Positions 39,269-49,255 of a stretch of DNA of 64,000 nucleotides are shown piece after piece. Position 1 is the stretch's first letter, and each line of letters starts with the position of its first letter. Under the pieces are notes generated by a model, which worked only from the letters and a program-made list of their open reading frames with translations, was not told where the DNA came from and ran no database searches. The stretch covers positions 4,154,001 through 4,218,000 of the forward strand of contig NC_081331.1 in assembly GCF_022539665.2 (NCBI RefSeq). Direction: 5' to 3'. Made by a program: the position numbers and the translations under genes. The DNA comes from Daphnia carinata (lineage: Eukaryota).

Positions 39269-42200
39269 ATGATGGCATCTCATTTTCGAATTTTAAAGTG
39301 TATACTTATCACACTTCTATACGGAGGGAATACTGCAGATGGTAAGAAATTCCATCATGGAATTTAAATATCTGAATAATTTCCGAGATCTTTTGTTGTC
39401 TTTTCTCTACAGTATTCAATGAAAAACCTGGTTATCATGTAGTCGAAATTTGTTCCGACTTCACCCGATGGAATATTGCTATACCTCCGACAGCGCATTG
39501 GATTTCGGTAAGAAATAGTGACATGTGATTAACTTAAGTTTGATGCTCTAAAACTTAACTCGTTATAATGAATTTTTCAGGACCTGTGTGATGCGATAGT
39601 TAAAGTTCAGCGAAAAGGCCATAGTTTTCCGGAGACTACAGTTGGCATAAATTTTATATTGAATGTCCTTTTATCGACGGTTTCAGATGAAGTCAGTGTT
39701 GCTGAGGCACGCATGCTTAGCACAGACAAAGCCGCACCAGGGTTAATAACTCTTTTTTACTCTAATTCATCACGTACGTAACTGTGATCAATTCGCTCCA
39801 AATCCCTAGCACTCTCGAATTTAACCACTTTAAAATATGCTTTTAGATGTCAGAGCAGACCAGCTAATCGCGTTTAATGGAACAGAAATGTTGTTTGATG
39901 TACGTAACACACATTTGGCACTTCCAGCAGAGTCATGCGGCCAGATGTTTCTCATTGTTGCACTTTGGAACAGTTCAGATGGTGTTAAGGAGACACTCAT
40001 GTCTACCATGGCATGGCCGTTCCAGGTTACCTGTGAAACTAGTAATGTCTATTGACAACTTTTTTTGCTATTACGAATGCTGTAGAATTTTTTTCTGTGC
40101 CTACGAGCAGACGCAGATCTTGCGTTATATGCTGAGGAAGAACCGTTTCCACCAGCTCATGGGATATTTGGTCATAACATGACCATTGTGATTGGCATTC
40201 CTCTGTCCCAACAACTAATGGGTACCAGTTCGTTCCATTATTGCTGATCTCTGAAAGATCAAACAATGTATTACACGGCAACCTTCGTTAATTAGATTTT
40301 TTTTTCTTGTTTAGGTTTGAATTTCTTCGTACAGAACGCGAACAATTCCAAGGCTTCATTCTTACGTCGTACCAGTATAAGTGTGCCTAAAATTATGGCG
40401 TTCTTGACTCAGAAAAGGCACAGCCTTTTAAGGAAAAGGTTAGGTGGAGTAAAAAGAGGTTACTTATTATGACAATTATCTAACAACTTTTATTGTTGTA
40501 GCCTCGTAAGGTACGATACTTTAGAGTATCGCTTGGGTGACGAAATCTTACACGGAGAGCAACTAATTGATTTACTATCAGATCAGAGTTCACCAGGTAA
40601 CTAGATGTGATAGCTATGTGTATGAGCACGTCTTTCGTGACATCGAATGCTTATAGAAATCAAACAAGGCCAAAATATTCAGTTGAATACTAGCCAACTA
40701 CAGCTTTTTACCACCAGCATATGTGGCGAAGCCTGGATGGTTTTTCGGATAGATCTGGAAGACTTAAATGTTGAAAACAACTTTGTTGTTATTCCGGTCA
40801 TAGTCGATTGTTCGGGTAATAATACCTATTTTGAATTCCCGTTTAGAATGTTCACTCTTATGATCTTAAATGTCTAGCATTATCTGAATCACTGAATACC
40901 AATATGGGAACTTGTGGTGTTGTTCCCGATGAATTCTCTATGGGCCGTTCAGCTCTCATGTTCACATCAGTGCAATTCGGCGGCGCTATGTCATTGAACG
41001 CTTTTCTTTATAAGGTATTGCATTGTTGACAGGTTTCTCTCGTCTTCGATTTTAATGTGAGAACGGTACAGACAGAAGAAAAAACCTATCTACCATTGCG
41101 AGGAAACGAGGTTTTTGTTTCCGAAATACTTGACGCTTTCCGAACGGTTCAACTTGAGCGGAATCGGTTAAGCAAATTAAATCAGTAAGTGAATCTGCCA
41201 AAAATGAGTTTTCATGAATTAGTTTCTGAAATTAAAGTTTTGTCTAGGTGTCCATCTCATCCGGAACTGCGTCTCGATTTCAATACCACACTTTTTGGCC
41301 ATCTTTATCATTTGATTTTATTATTGAACGAACGTTGGATACCCTTCAATCAGGTTACTTTAGAAACAAATCCATGAAACTATTTTCTTGTTAACCCATT
41401 TATTTTTACAGACCGAGCAACAGAGAGAACAGCAGGAAAAAATTCTTTTAATAAGCCAAGCTCTGGGGGGACTTTTATTTGCCTCTACGTCTTACAACTC
41501 CGTTCCCGCATATTTTATGGATTCCGTTTTAAACGGTTTGTTTAGTTACTGGCCCTTTTTTCCTTTTGACCTATCGTCCATACGAAGTGCTTCTCCATCC
41601 GCGCAAGATATTAATCCGTCTCTTCAATCTTGGCACGATCGCTTTGCGAAAGTCGTGACCCATTTTATGCGAACAGCTGTTTATGCCGATTATGAAGGGA
41701 AGCCTAATCCGGATACAGGTTAACATAGATTCTTCGACTTATTTCTTTGGTAAATGAATGTAGCTGAACCGTAAAATATCGCAAATTTTAACAGGTTTGC
41801 AGAATTTTCTGAATCAGCTTTTGTGGAGCCCTGATGCCCTTCAAAGCGCTACGCTATCAAAAAATTCGGTGGACAAACTCCGCCAGTTTCTCCTTTTAGT
41901 TTTACAGAAAAAATTGCCAAGGACCTTCGATGATTTGCCATCCACAATTTACAACGTGCTTACGTAATTTTGTTTATAACGTGATGCCATAGTAGATATT
42001 TTACTATTCTTTGTCAATCCTATGATGTGTTTTAGATCTTTTGCTGAAGAAGTTATGTCGCTCATACCCGTAGAAGAAGCCCAAGTTTGGATAGCAATGG
42101 ACACTATGTATCATGCTGTCCTGCAAAGTATAACACTTAGCGGTAATCTGACACAGGTTGAAAGGAAAAGCGACATCGCACCTAATCCAGCAGATCGCAG

Positions 42201-42780
42201 CGAGAAATTGGCTATTTTAGGTTCGATGATAAATACTATGAATACATCCATGGTTGTCACGCGTCTGACTTTGATCATTCGAAAGGTTTGAATTTGATCA
42301 CCAACCGAATGTATGTCCAAATTTTTTATTACTATTTTTGTTTATTTAGATCCAAGAGAGCGTGTCTCTGAACAAGCAATGGATTCTGATGGAAGGCATG
42401 TCCGATACTGCTTTAGATGCTGAACTTTATTGCCGAGCACTCGCGCTTAATCGAATTAAATTTCGGAAAAATCCAGAAGCTAGAGATCTGTTTAATGACC
42501 TCGATCGCATCACTTTCTGGAAAAGAGGTTAAAACTAAACTTCTACAATTGTTAAAGAGAAGATTCTACCTCTTTTGCGTTTTAGATTCTGGAGTGATTT
42601 ACCGTGGGGACATAAGTGGTATAACTGGCCGATTGTATTGGAACAGAATTGCCGTATGTCACTGCAATAGTTTTCCAAAATACCAGACGCGCGAAACTAT
42701 GCCGTGAAACAGCTGGCAATAATTATTCATTTTCTTGTGAAATCAACTGTTTTTTTAAGGTATTGAATACCGTGCTGTAG
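39269..42780 (+). CDS. Uncharacterised multi-exon protein with predicted signal peptide
   Basis: MMASHFRILKCILITLLYGGNTA leader, then many short exons with GT-AG introns; last exons ...DSGVIYRGDISGITGRLYWNRIA|VLNTVL*. No family recognised; exon chain not verified end to end. Confidence 0.65.
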
Positions 42781-43142
42781 TAGGATTGCGCTATATTGTA
42801 CAAGCGTACCGACATTTGTTACCAATAGTTTTTGAACTGAACGTAAAAAACCAAATATAAAATTGGGAGAATGACAGCACTTTTTTTTTTATTATTATTT
42901 TCAAAACGACTGGTTGAAGGAGAAAACCAATAGCTGAATTGAAATCAGAGTTCAAATTTCATTATACCGTACGAGTTTCATCGAATTCCAAGAGATGTAT
43001 GGCAATCCGTTTTACACAAAAAAAAAATCACACTTTTTTCTTTTTTCCGACACGTAGCCATCTACCGCTCAGACTCGTAATTACTGGCGTAGGCAATTTC
43101 AGTCCATTGGATTGCCATTCGCAGTTAGTTCAGTAGCGTGGA

Positions 43143-44600
43143 TGGAGGAACAATTGAAAAATGGATAAGATAATACAACAAAAGGATGGAAAGTATCAAC
43201 ATTATTATATTGGTTTTCAATTATTAATTATTGTTTATTAGATCAAATTATGAAGCTGCAGGCCCAATTATTGGAACAACACGAAATATTAGATAACAGC
43301 AAAGCTAAGGATGGTAGGGCCTAATACGTAATGATTCTATTTATTTGCTTTTATTCATTTGCGTTTTGTAGCTCAAATTTTGAGTCTACAAGCTCAGCTA
43401 GGGGAAAAGAACAAATTGGAAAGGAACAGTTTCCAAACAGTGAAGGAGGTTTTTCCAAACTCATCCCTAACTGAACATGAGGATGAATTGGCATTAGGCG
43501 AACACAGTCAGGTACCTAAACTTTTCAAATAAGAATTCAAAAAAAGTATAGAATTTTAACAAACAATTATTTATTGTTTACTTATTCAGTCTACCACCTG
43601 ACAGTGTGTTAAAGTTAAATTCTGTTAGTGCTGCACTAAAAGAATTGTTAGTAATAAGTCCATGCAGCGAAGGAAGTGAACAATTGTGGGATCGTATTTG
43701 GGCTGAAAATGGGTGTGGTACGGAAGCCCAGAAACGGCATGAGTTCAACATAAAACATGAATTAGGTACTTTTCGGTTTTTTGTCTATCGAAAAAGTATT
43801 TTTAATGCTATTATTTTGCATTCACAGAATTTTAGTGGGGGATCAAGTCAAGTCTGGAAGTGTTACAGGATGGAAGAGTGAGCCTACAGTTGAAAAACAC
43901 TGAAAGTGCATTACCATTAAGGTATGAGGTAAAGTAATAGAGTAATAAAAATTGTCTAATGAGAAGTACCATCTTGTGTGAATGAATCCTGTGTAACAGC
44001 AATCCTTTATAGTTCTGTCACAGCTAGAAGCCTCAAATAATTCTGCTTCTCTTGCTAAAGAACAACTTGTCCTTTACGTTCAGAGTGTTGGTGAAGCTGG
44101 GTACTTAAATGGCCCTAAAGATGTTTCATTTCGTTGGCATTGCAGCGATGAACATCATACATAGACTTTTTAGGTATGAAAGGAATTTTCTTGAAAATTT
44201 TTTGAATTTATGACAAAGCATTTCTCCTGCTTTTTGCCAACCATGTCTAATTTAAAAAAAAATTTATCCAATAGGAAAGGATTTTCAGCATACTGGGAAC
44301 ACAACTATCAACAATGCAACATTCTAGGGGTGCTATTTTATCATTCAAGAGCCTTATACAATGATTTTCATCTGCAATTTGTATGGCCTTTCCCAAGCTT
44401 CTGCCAGAAGTTGAATCTATGAGTCATGTAAGTCACATGAGCAACAATTGAGATGCTTAATGGTGTTGTTTTTCTTTTCTCAGCATAGGTTAATAGTAAC
44501 ATTGGATCTGAAAAGATTCTTGGTTGGGGCAAGACACTGAATAAATTGTAATGATTGAATGGATGTCACGACATTTCTATACTTAATTTGGATTCCCGAG
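43143..44600 (+). pseudogene. Decayed multi-exon gene A of the fold-back cassette
   Basis: Exon-like blocks DQIMKLQAQLLEQHE, AQILSLQAQLGEKN, EQLWDRIWAENGCG, EAGYLNGPKDVSFRWHCSDE, ICMAFPKLLPEVESMSH|VNSNIGSEKILGW with GT-AG introns and in-frame stops. Confidence 0.6.
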
Positions 44601-45159
44601 ACGGTATTTTATATTTAAAAAATTGAAGTGCATATCTGGGCTCCCTTCCTTTCCGTAGCCCCGTTTCCCCTTGACTCGTAATAAGCCCGTAGGGGGTCAT
44701 GCCCCTACTGTACGGTATATATAAAAACAACATATACCGAGGTTTGGAGGGCTCTGGCCGGAAAGGGGACGTGGGGGTCCGCGTAGTCCGATGATGTGTT
44801 CACGGAGGGCGACGTGGCTGCCCACAAATCCGAACTAAAGGTTAATCGCTCCTGTAAAAATGTTCCAATTCTTCAGCTCTTCTTCCGGCTTCTCTTAGCC
44901 AATCACCGGGTAATCTCCCCGGTGGGTCAACAAGGCAGTGTCTCCCCCTGCCTGGGTTGACGGCAACTTTTGAAAGGGCTATTGTGCCTTTTTAAAGTTG
45001 CAAAAATAATTGTAATGTGCAGAGAATTCTCAATAAAAATTTTTTTATAAAATATTTTTTGCAAAATTTGTTTCTTTCATTGTCTGTGTTAGCTGTGTTC
45101 ACACATTACATTTATCAACTTTTACCTTTGATGGTAAGCATTGTTTCCATTGGTTTATC
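44601..45159 (+). repeat. Left arm of long inverted repeat
   Basis: Reverse complement of 45713-46306, essentially identical over ~500 bp. Confidence 0.97.
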
Positions 45160-45267
45160 TGTAAGTATTCAATTATTATTTATTACACTGTTTGAATTCT
45201 CCAACTTAAATTCAAGGAACAACGTGTAATATCTGGATATTTTTTGAAGTAATTTTGTAGTTTGCTT

Positions 45268-45338
45268 TACTCGTATGGGAATCGATCCCCAGACATTCAG
45301 CGTACAACGCCGATGCGCTAACATTGAGCCACGAGATA
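45268..45338 (-). ncRNA. tRNA-like module 1 (Pol III A/B-box-like; loop reads TGT)
   Basis: TATCTCG-TG-GCTC-AATGTTA-GCGC-A-TCGGC-GTTGTAC-GCTGA-ATGTC-TGGGGATCGATTCCCA-TACGAGTA: cloverleaf spacing but non-canonical residues. Confidence 0.55.
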
Positions 45339-45439
45339 CATATAAATATTTTATCACCGCATATCATATGTTATCGTCTAGGATGTTTATGCAGTCTTCC
45401 ATAACTATATGTTTATCTTTCTATAGCTTGCATAAGGTT

Positions 45440-45506
45440 CACATCTCTGTGGTAGAGACTTTAGCTGAGATACCTGTTACCCTGGGTTCAAACCTCAGTA
45501 GATGTG
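45440..45506 (+). ncRNA. tRNA-like module 2 (shortened)
   Basis: 7-bp closing stem CACATCT/AGATGTG, GTGGTAGAG D-loop-like motif, B-box GGTTCAAACC at 45485-45494. Confidence 0.4.
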
Positions 45507-45621
45507 TAAAAATGAAGTAGAATAAATGTAGAAGAGTATATTACAGAATTGCATTTCAATTTTATTCCAAGTGTAAATGCAAGTCCACAATTGACTAGAA
45601 AAAAGCCAACTTCACATCATA

Positions 45622-45692
45622 TGAATCATGGCTCACTGGTAGAGCATCGGCGCGGTATGCCGAACATCCAGGGTTCGATCCCTGGATAATAA
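45622..45692 (+). ncRNA. tRNA-like module 3 (homologous to module 1; loop reads GGT)
   Basis: TG-GCTC-ACTGGTA-GAGC-A-TCGGC-GCGGTAT-GCCGA-ACAT-CCAGGGTTCGATCCCTGG: perfect D and anticodon stems and a B-box; acceptor stem does not pair. Confidence 0.6.
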
Positions 45693-45712
45693 TAGAATGC
45701 TTTCAAGTAAAC

Positions 45713-46306
45713 GATAAACCAATGGAAACAATGCTTACCATTAAAGGTGACAAAAACAAATAAAGCAAAGCAAAGCAAAAAAAAAAAGGTTGATAAATGT
45801 AATGTGTGAACACAGCTAACACAGACAATGAAAGAAACAAATTTTGCAAAAAATATTTTATAAAAAAAATTTTATTGAGAATTCTCTGCACATTACAATT
45901 ATTTTTGCAACTTTAAAAAGGCACAATAGCCCTTTCAAAAGTTGCCGTCAACCCAGGCAGGGGGAGACACTGCCTTGTTGACCCACCGGGGAGATTACCC
46001 GGTGATTGGCTAAGAGAAGCCGGAAGAAGAGCTGAAGAATTGGAACATTTTTACAGGAGCGATTAACCTTTAGTTCGGATTTGTGGGCAGCCACGTCGCC
46101 CTCCGTGAACACATCATCGGACTACGCGGACCCCCACGTCCCCTTTCCGGCCAGAGCCCTCCAAACCTCGGTATATGTTGTTTTTATATATACCGTACAG
46201 TAGGGGCATGACCCCCTACGGGCTTATTACGAGTCAAGGGGAAACGGGGCTACGGAAAGGAAGGGAGCCCAGATATGCACTTCAATTTTTAAATAATTAA
46301 TACCGT
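45713..46306 (-). repeat. Right arm of long inverted repeat
   Basis: Mirror of 44601-45159 with an extra ~35-40 bp A-rich (AAAGC)n insert near 45750-45788 and a few substitutions at the ends. Confidence 0.97.
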
Positions 46307-48330
46307 AATACGCGGGAATACACAGGCGACTGATGGAGGGAAAGTCAATTCCGTACTTCAAATTATTATAACTTTTCGTCATCACATCCCAACCAGAAAC
46401 CTTCGCAGGTTCACTATTGCTATTAATCTAAATTAAGAAAATAAAACATAGATAAGGATAAGACGTTCTTATTGATATCGCTTACATGGTACATAAATTC
46501 ATCATCTGCCATATTCCTGTAGATTCCTGGCAGGAGCTTCTAAAAGGCTATGCAGTTGCAAGTAATCACCATAGCCAAAACTTGAATACGAAAGTTTGGA
46601 AGAACCCTTCGTGTTGGACACAGAGATCTTCCATGGGCTTTCCGGTTGGACGTTCCATGCACCATAAAAAACAGATAGGTTACAAAGTTGGTTGTTTTGA
46701 TCACTAAACGTTAAGGTAAACAATGTACCTGGTCTCGGCAGTCTTGACAACAATTTCCATTATAACATCATATCACCTGATTTCATGGAAAAAGAATTTC
46801 GTAGGCGACAGTTCAGAATAGAAATGGTTGCACTCAAATCTCTTGACAGGTGAGGATTAAGTAATGTCGCCTTAGGGAGTGCAAACCGCGATTTTCAAAA
46901 CTATTAAATGCTTGTTAGCCATTGAAAGATTGCTGGCTGACGCAGACAATCGTTTGGGACATGATTAATGAGCTGCTTCGTGGATAAAGCTCGTTTTTTT
47001 TTTAGTCCTCTCCAGGATGACATGAATTCCAGCATGTTCTCCACATGTATCAGCACTTAGCGATACACCAATTAAAGCAATTAAAAAATTTAAAATAGTA
47101 CCACCTTTTAATGGTTTTGACTCCATGATTCATCTTCGTTGCAACTGTGAAGGCAAGACAACTGACCTATGGAAATTTATTTATCGCACTTGCCATAACC
47201 ATTTTCCCAAAGTATCAGCTTTTCTGCCAACAGTAGTTTACTAATACAACATTGACGATTAAAATTAGAAAACTAAACAAACTCAGCAGAAAAGCATTAC
47301 CAGGGAGTAACATCTTGCATGTTGACGAAGAATCCTAGGTTTATCATGTACATGGCAGAATATCCACATTGCCTGGATGGCACAATCCTTTGCGTAATCA
47401 CACAAATAGTAACTAAAACATAATGAATTGAAACAAAATTTAAATGAAGTTTTACCCAACAGCTGGCTGCACCTCTGAATTCCAAAACTACGTCTACACA
47501 TTCATATCAAGCTTTTCCAGCTTGTCTCACCTTTGCCATTTGTTTAAATCATTCCTTCAAAAAATTTTTATAAATGTAAATAAAGTAAACAATTGATATT
47601 TATGTGACGTCGGAGTACCATTTGGCTGTCAAGCATTCCATACAAGATAGGCATTTTGAAGAATCAGTGGCAGCAATCAAGTGCTACAATTTGAATATGG
47701 GCTAGGTGTTATAGTCGCTGAGGGCTCTCAATCCCTAAACTGAACCTTGCTCACTGATGTGACAATCTATAAAAGGATTTAAAACTTAATTAATGAGACA
47801 TGCGGGATACTGTATAAAATTATAGTAAAGATGGTACCAAATGCTGAATTACTAGAAATTTTGCCTGGGAAATCTCCACTGACCATGTGAAACATAAGTC
47901 AGCTGTACTGCAATTGCAAATCCAGTGTTCAAGTAACCATATCCAATCAAGATGGTCTCCGCGAGTTGACTCGACCGTTCGGGTTGTAAGCGGCACACGA
48001 TTCTCGCACTGTGATTGGCTCTCCAGCTGTGACGCCAGTGGCAACCACCACTGAAAGAAAGCAAGCTGTTGATGTGTTGTCTGCTTGTCCGTCTGCATGT
48101 GTCGTCTGCATCGATTTCTATTTTCAAAATAGGCCCAAATCATAAAATTACTAATAAAAAATCATAAAACATTCCTGAAATCAACACTGACATCTTTTAC
48201 GATAACCCTTTGGACTCGACGGTAAGCGATTTTTTTGTTTCCAGTGAACCATCAATGTAAGTAGTTTAATAGCCTTCTCACTTTTTCATTTTTGGCCAAA
48301 ATTTAGATTTCATTTTAAATACATGATTCC
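46307..48330 (-). pseudogene. Decayed multi-exon gene B, paralogue of gene A
   Basis: NCIAF*KLLPGIYRNMADDEFMYH|INSNSEPAKVSGW aligns with gene A, with the same intron position; stops and frameshifts elsewhere. Confidence 0.6.
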
Positions 48331-48417
48331 GATTCAAAATTGAACCAGAATCACAAAAATGAAGTTTGTTTTTACGTTGGGCTTATAGCTTTTAGAAAAT
48401 GAAAAAAAAACTGGAGA

Positions 48418-49010
48418 GAAATTAAGCCCGACAAGAAAAAGTCGGGCTTACCGATTTCTTCATTTTCTTTCAAAAATCAAGATATAGCCATAACAATAGA
48501 TGAATTTGATTTGAAATTAAATGAAAATGATAAATATGTCGTTATTTTTCTCATTAGGTCACGTTTTTTTAATAAACCGAATATTTGAGCTACATCGCGC
48601 TAGCACCGGTGCGTACTGGCGCGGTAGCGATTGTGTTAAATATTCGATGTATTTACAAAACCATTGATTTTACGCAAAAACAAAACACCTTATGGAATTC
48701 AGCGTTTTATTTTAGGTTAACATTAAATCTAAAGTTAAAATTACAAAACTGAATATCTGACATACCGAAAATTAAGCCCGATAAAATAAGCCCGACTTGT
48801 TCGGGCTTATTTTTACATAAGACTTTTTTATAGATATAGCTATAAAAATACATGGCTTTGATTCGAAATTAAACGGCAATCACACATATGTCGTTCTTTT
48901 TTTATTGGACCAACTGTTTTTGAAATACATCGAATATTTGGGCTGCATCGCGCTAGCGCTGGTGCATACTGGCGCCCTAGCGTTGTGTGAATATTCTATG
49001 TATTTCAAAA
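48418..49010. repeat. Diverged tandem duplication (~240-bp units at 48418-48660 and 48768-49010) with AAGCCCGA inverted motifs and long hairpins
   Basis: Both units run AAATTAAGCCCGA...TCGGGCTTA...GATATAGC.ATAA...ATATGTCGTT...CGAATATTTG.GCT.CATCGCGCTAGC.C.GGTGC.TACTGGCGC..TAGCG.TTGTGT.AATATTC.ATGTATTT. Confidence 0.9.
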
Positions 49011-49255
49011 GCGATTGCGTGATTTGTTATATTATTTGGACAGGATGACCTATAGCAGGCAACAAACAACGGAACGAAAACTGTCACAAAAACTGAGCTA
49101 CTACTTCGTTTTCTTGTATTTTTTCCCATAAACCACACGATGAAGAGATTTTTTACAGATAATGTACAATCAACTGTCTATCCAACTACATAAAAAGATG
49201 AAAAATTACTTATTGAAAAAACAAAAACGATAACAATAATGAAATGCATACGTTT

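Larger units (their letters stand above)
42791..49012. mobile_element. Putative ~6.2 kb fold-back / composite mobile element of unknown class
   Basis: Central inverted arms, convergent decayed paralogous genes, outer hairpin repeats, and GATTGCG directly repeated at 42784-42790 and 49013-49019. Boundaries are tentative. Confidence 0.5.

Noticed and set aside
46061..46072. TAACCT in the arm as a telomerase RNA template for TTAGG
   Set aside because: Only 6 nt, expected by chance; no type-3 Pol III promoter recognised.
46235..46255. AAACGGGGCTAC resembling RNase MRP CR-V
   Set aside because: No matching CR-I (GAAAGTCCCC-type) motif found upstream.
43143..48330. Fanzor/TnpB, Penelope or Helitron identity for the cassette
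   Set aside because: No RuvC/zinc-finger, RT/GIY-YIG or Rep/helicase motifs, and no hammerhead core, seen in the readable fragments.
49020..49130. Open frame RDLLYYLDRMTYS...FFP* continuing across the candidate TSD
   Set aside because: Splice phases of the upstream exons put the host stop at 42778-42780 in a different frame, so this is probably UTR.
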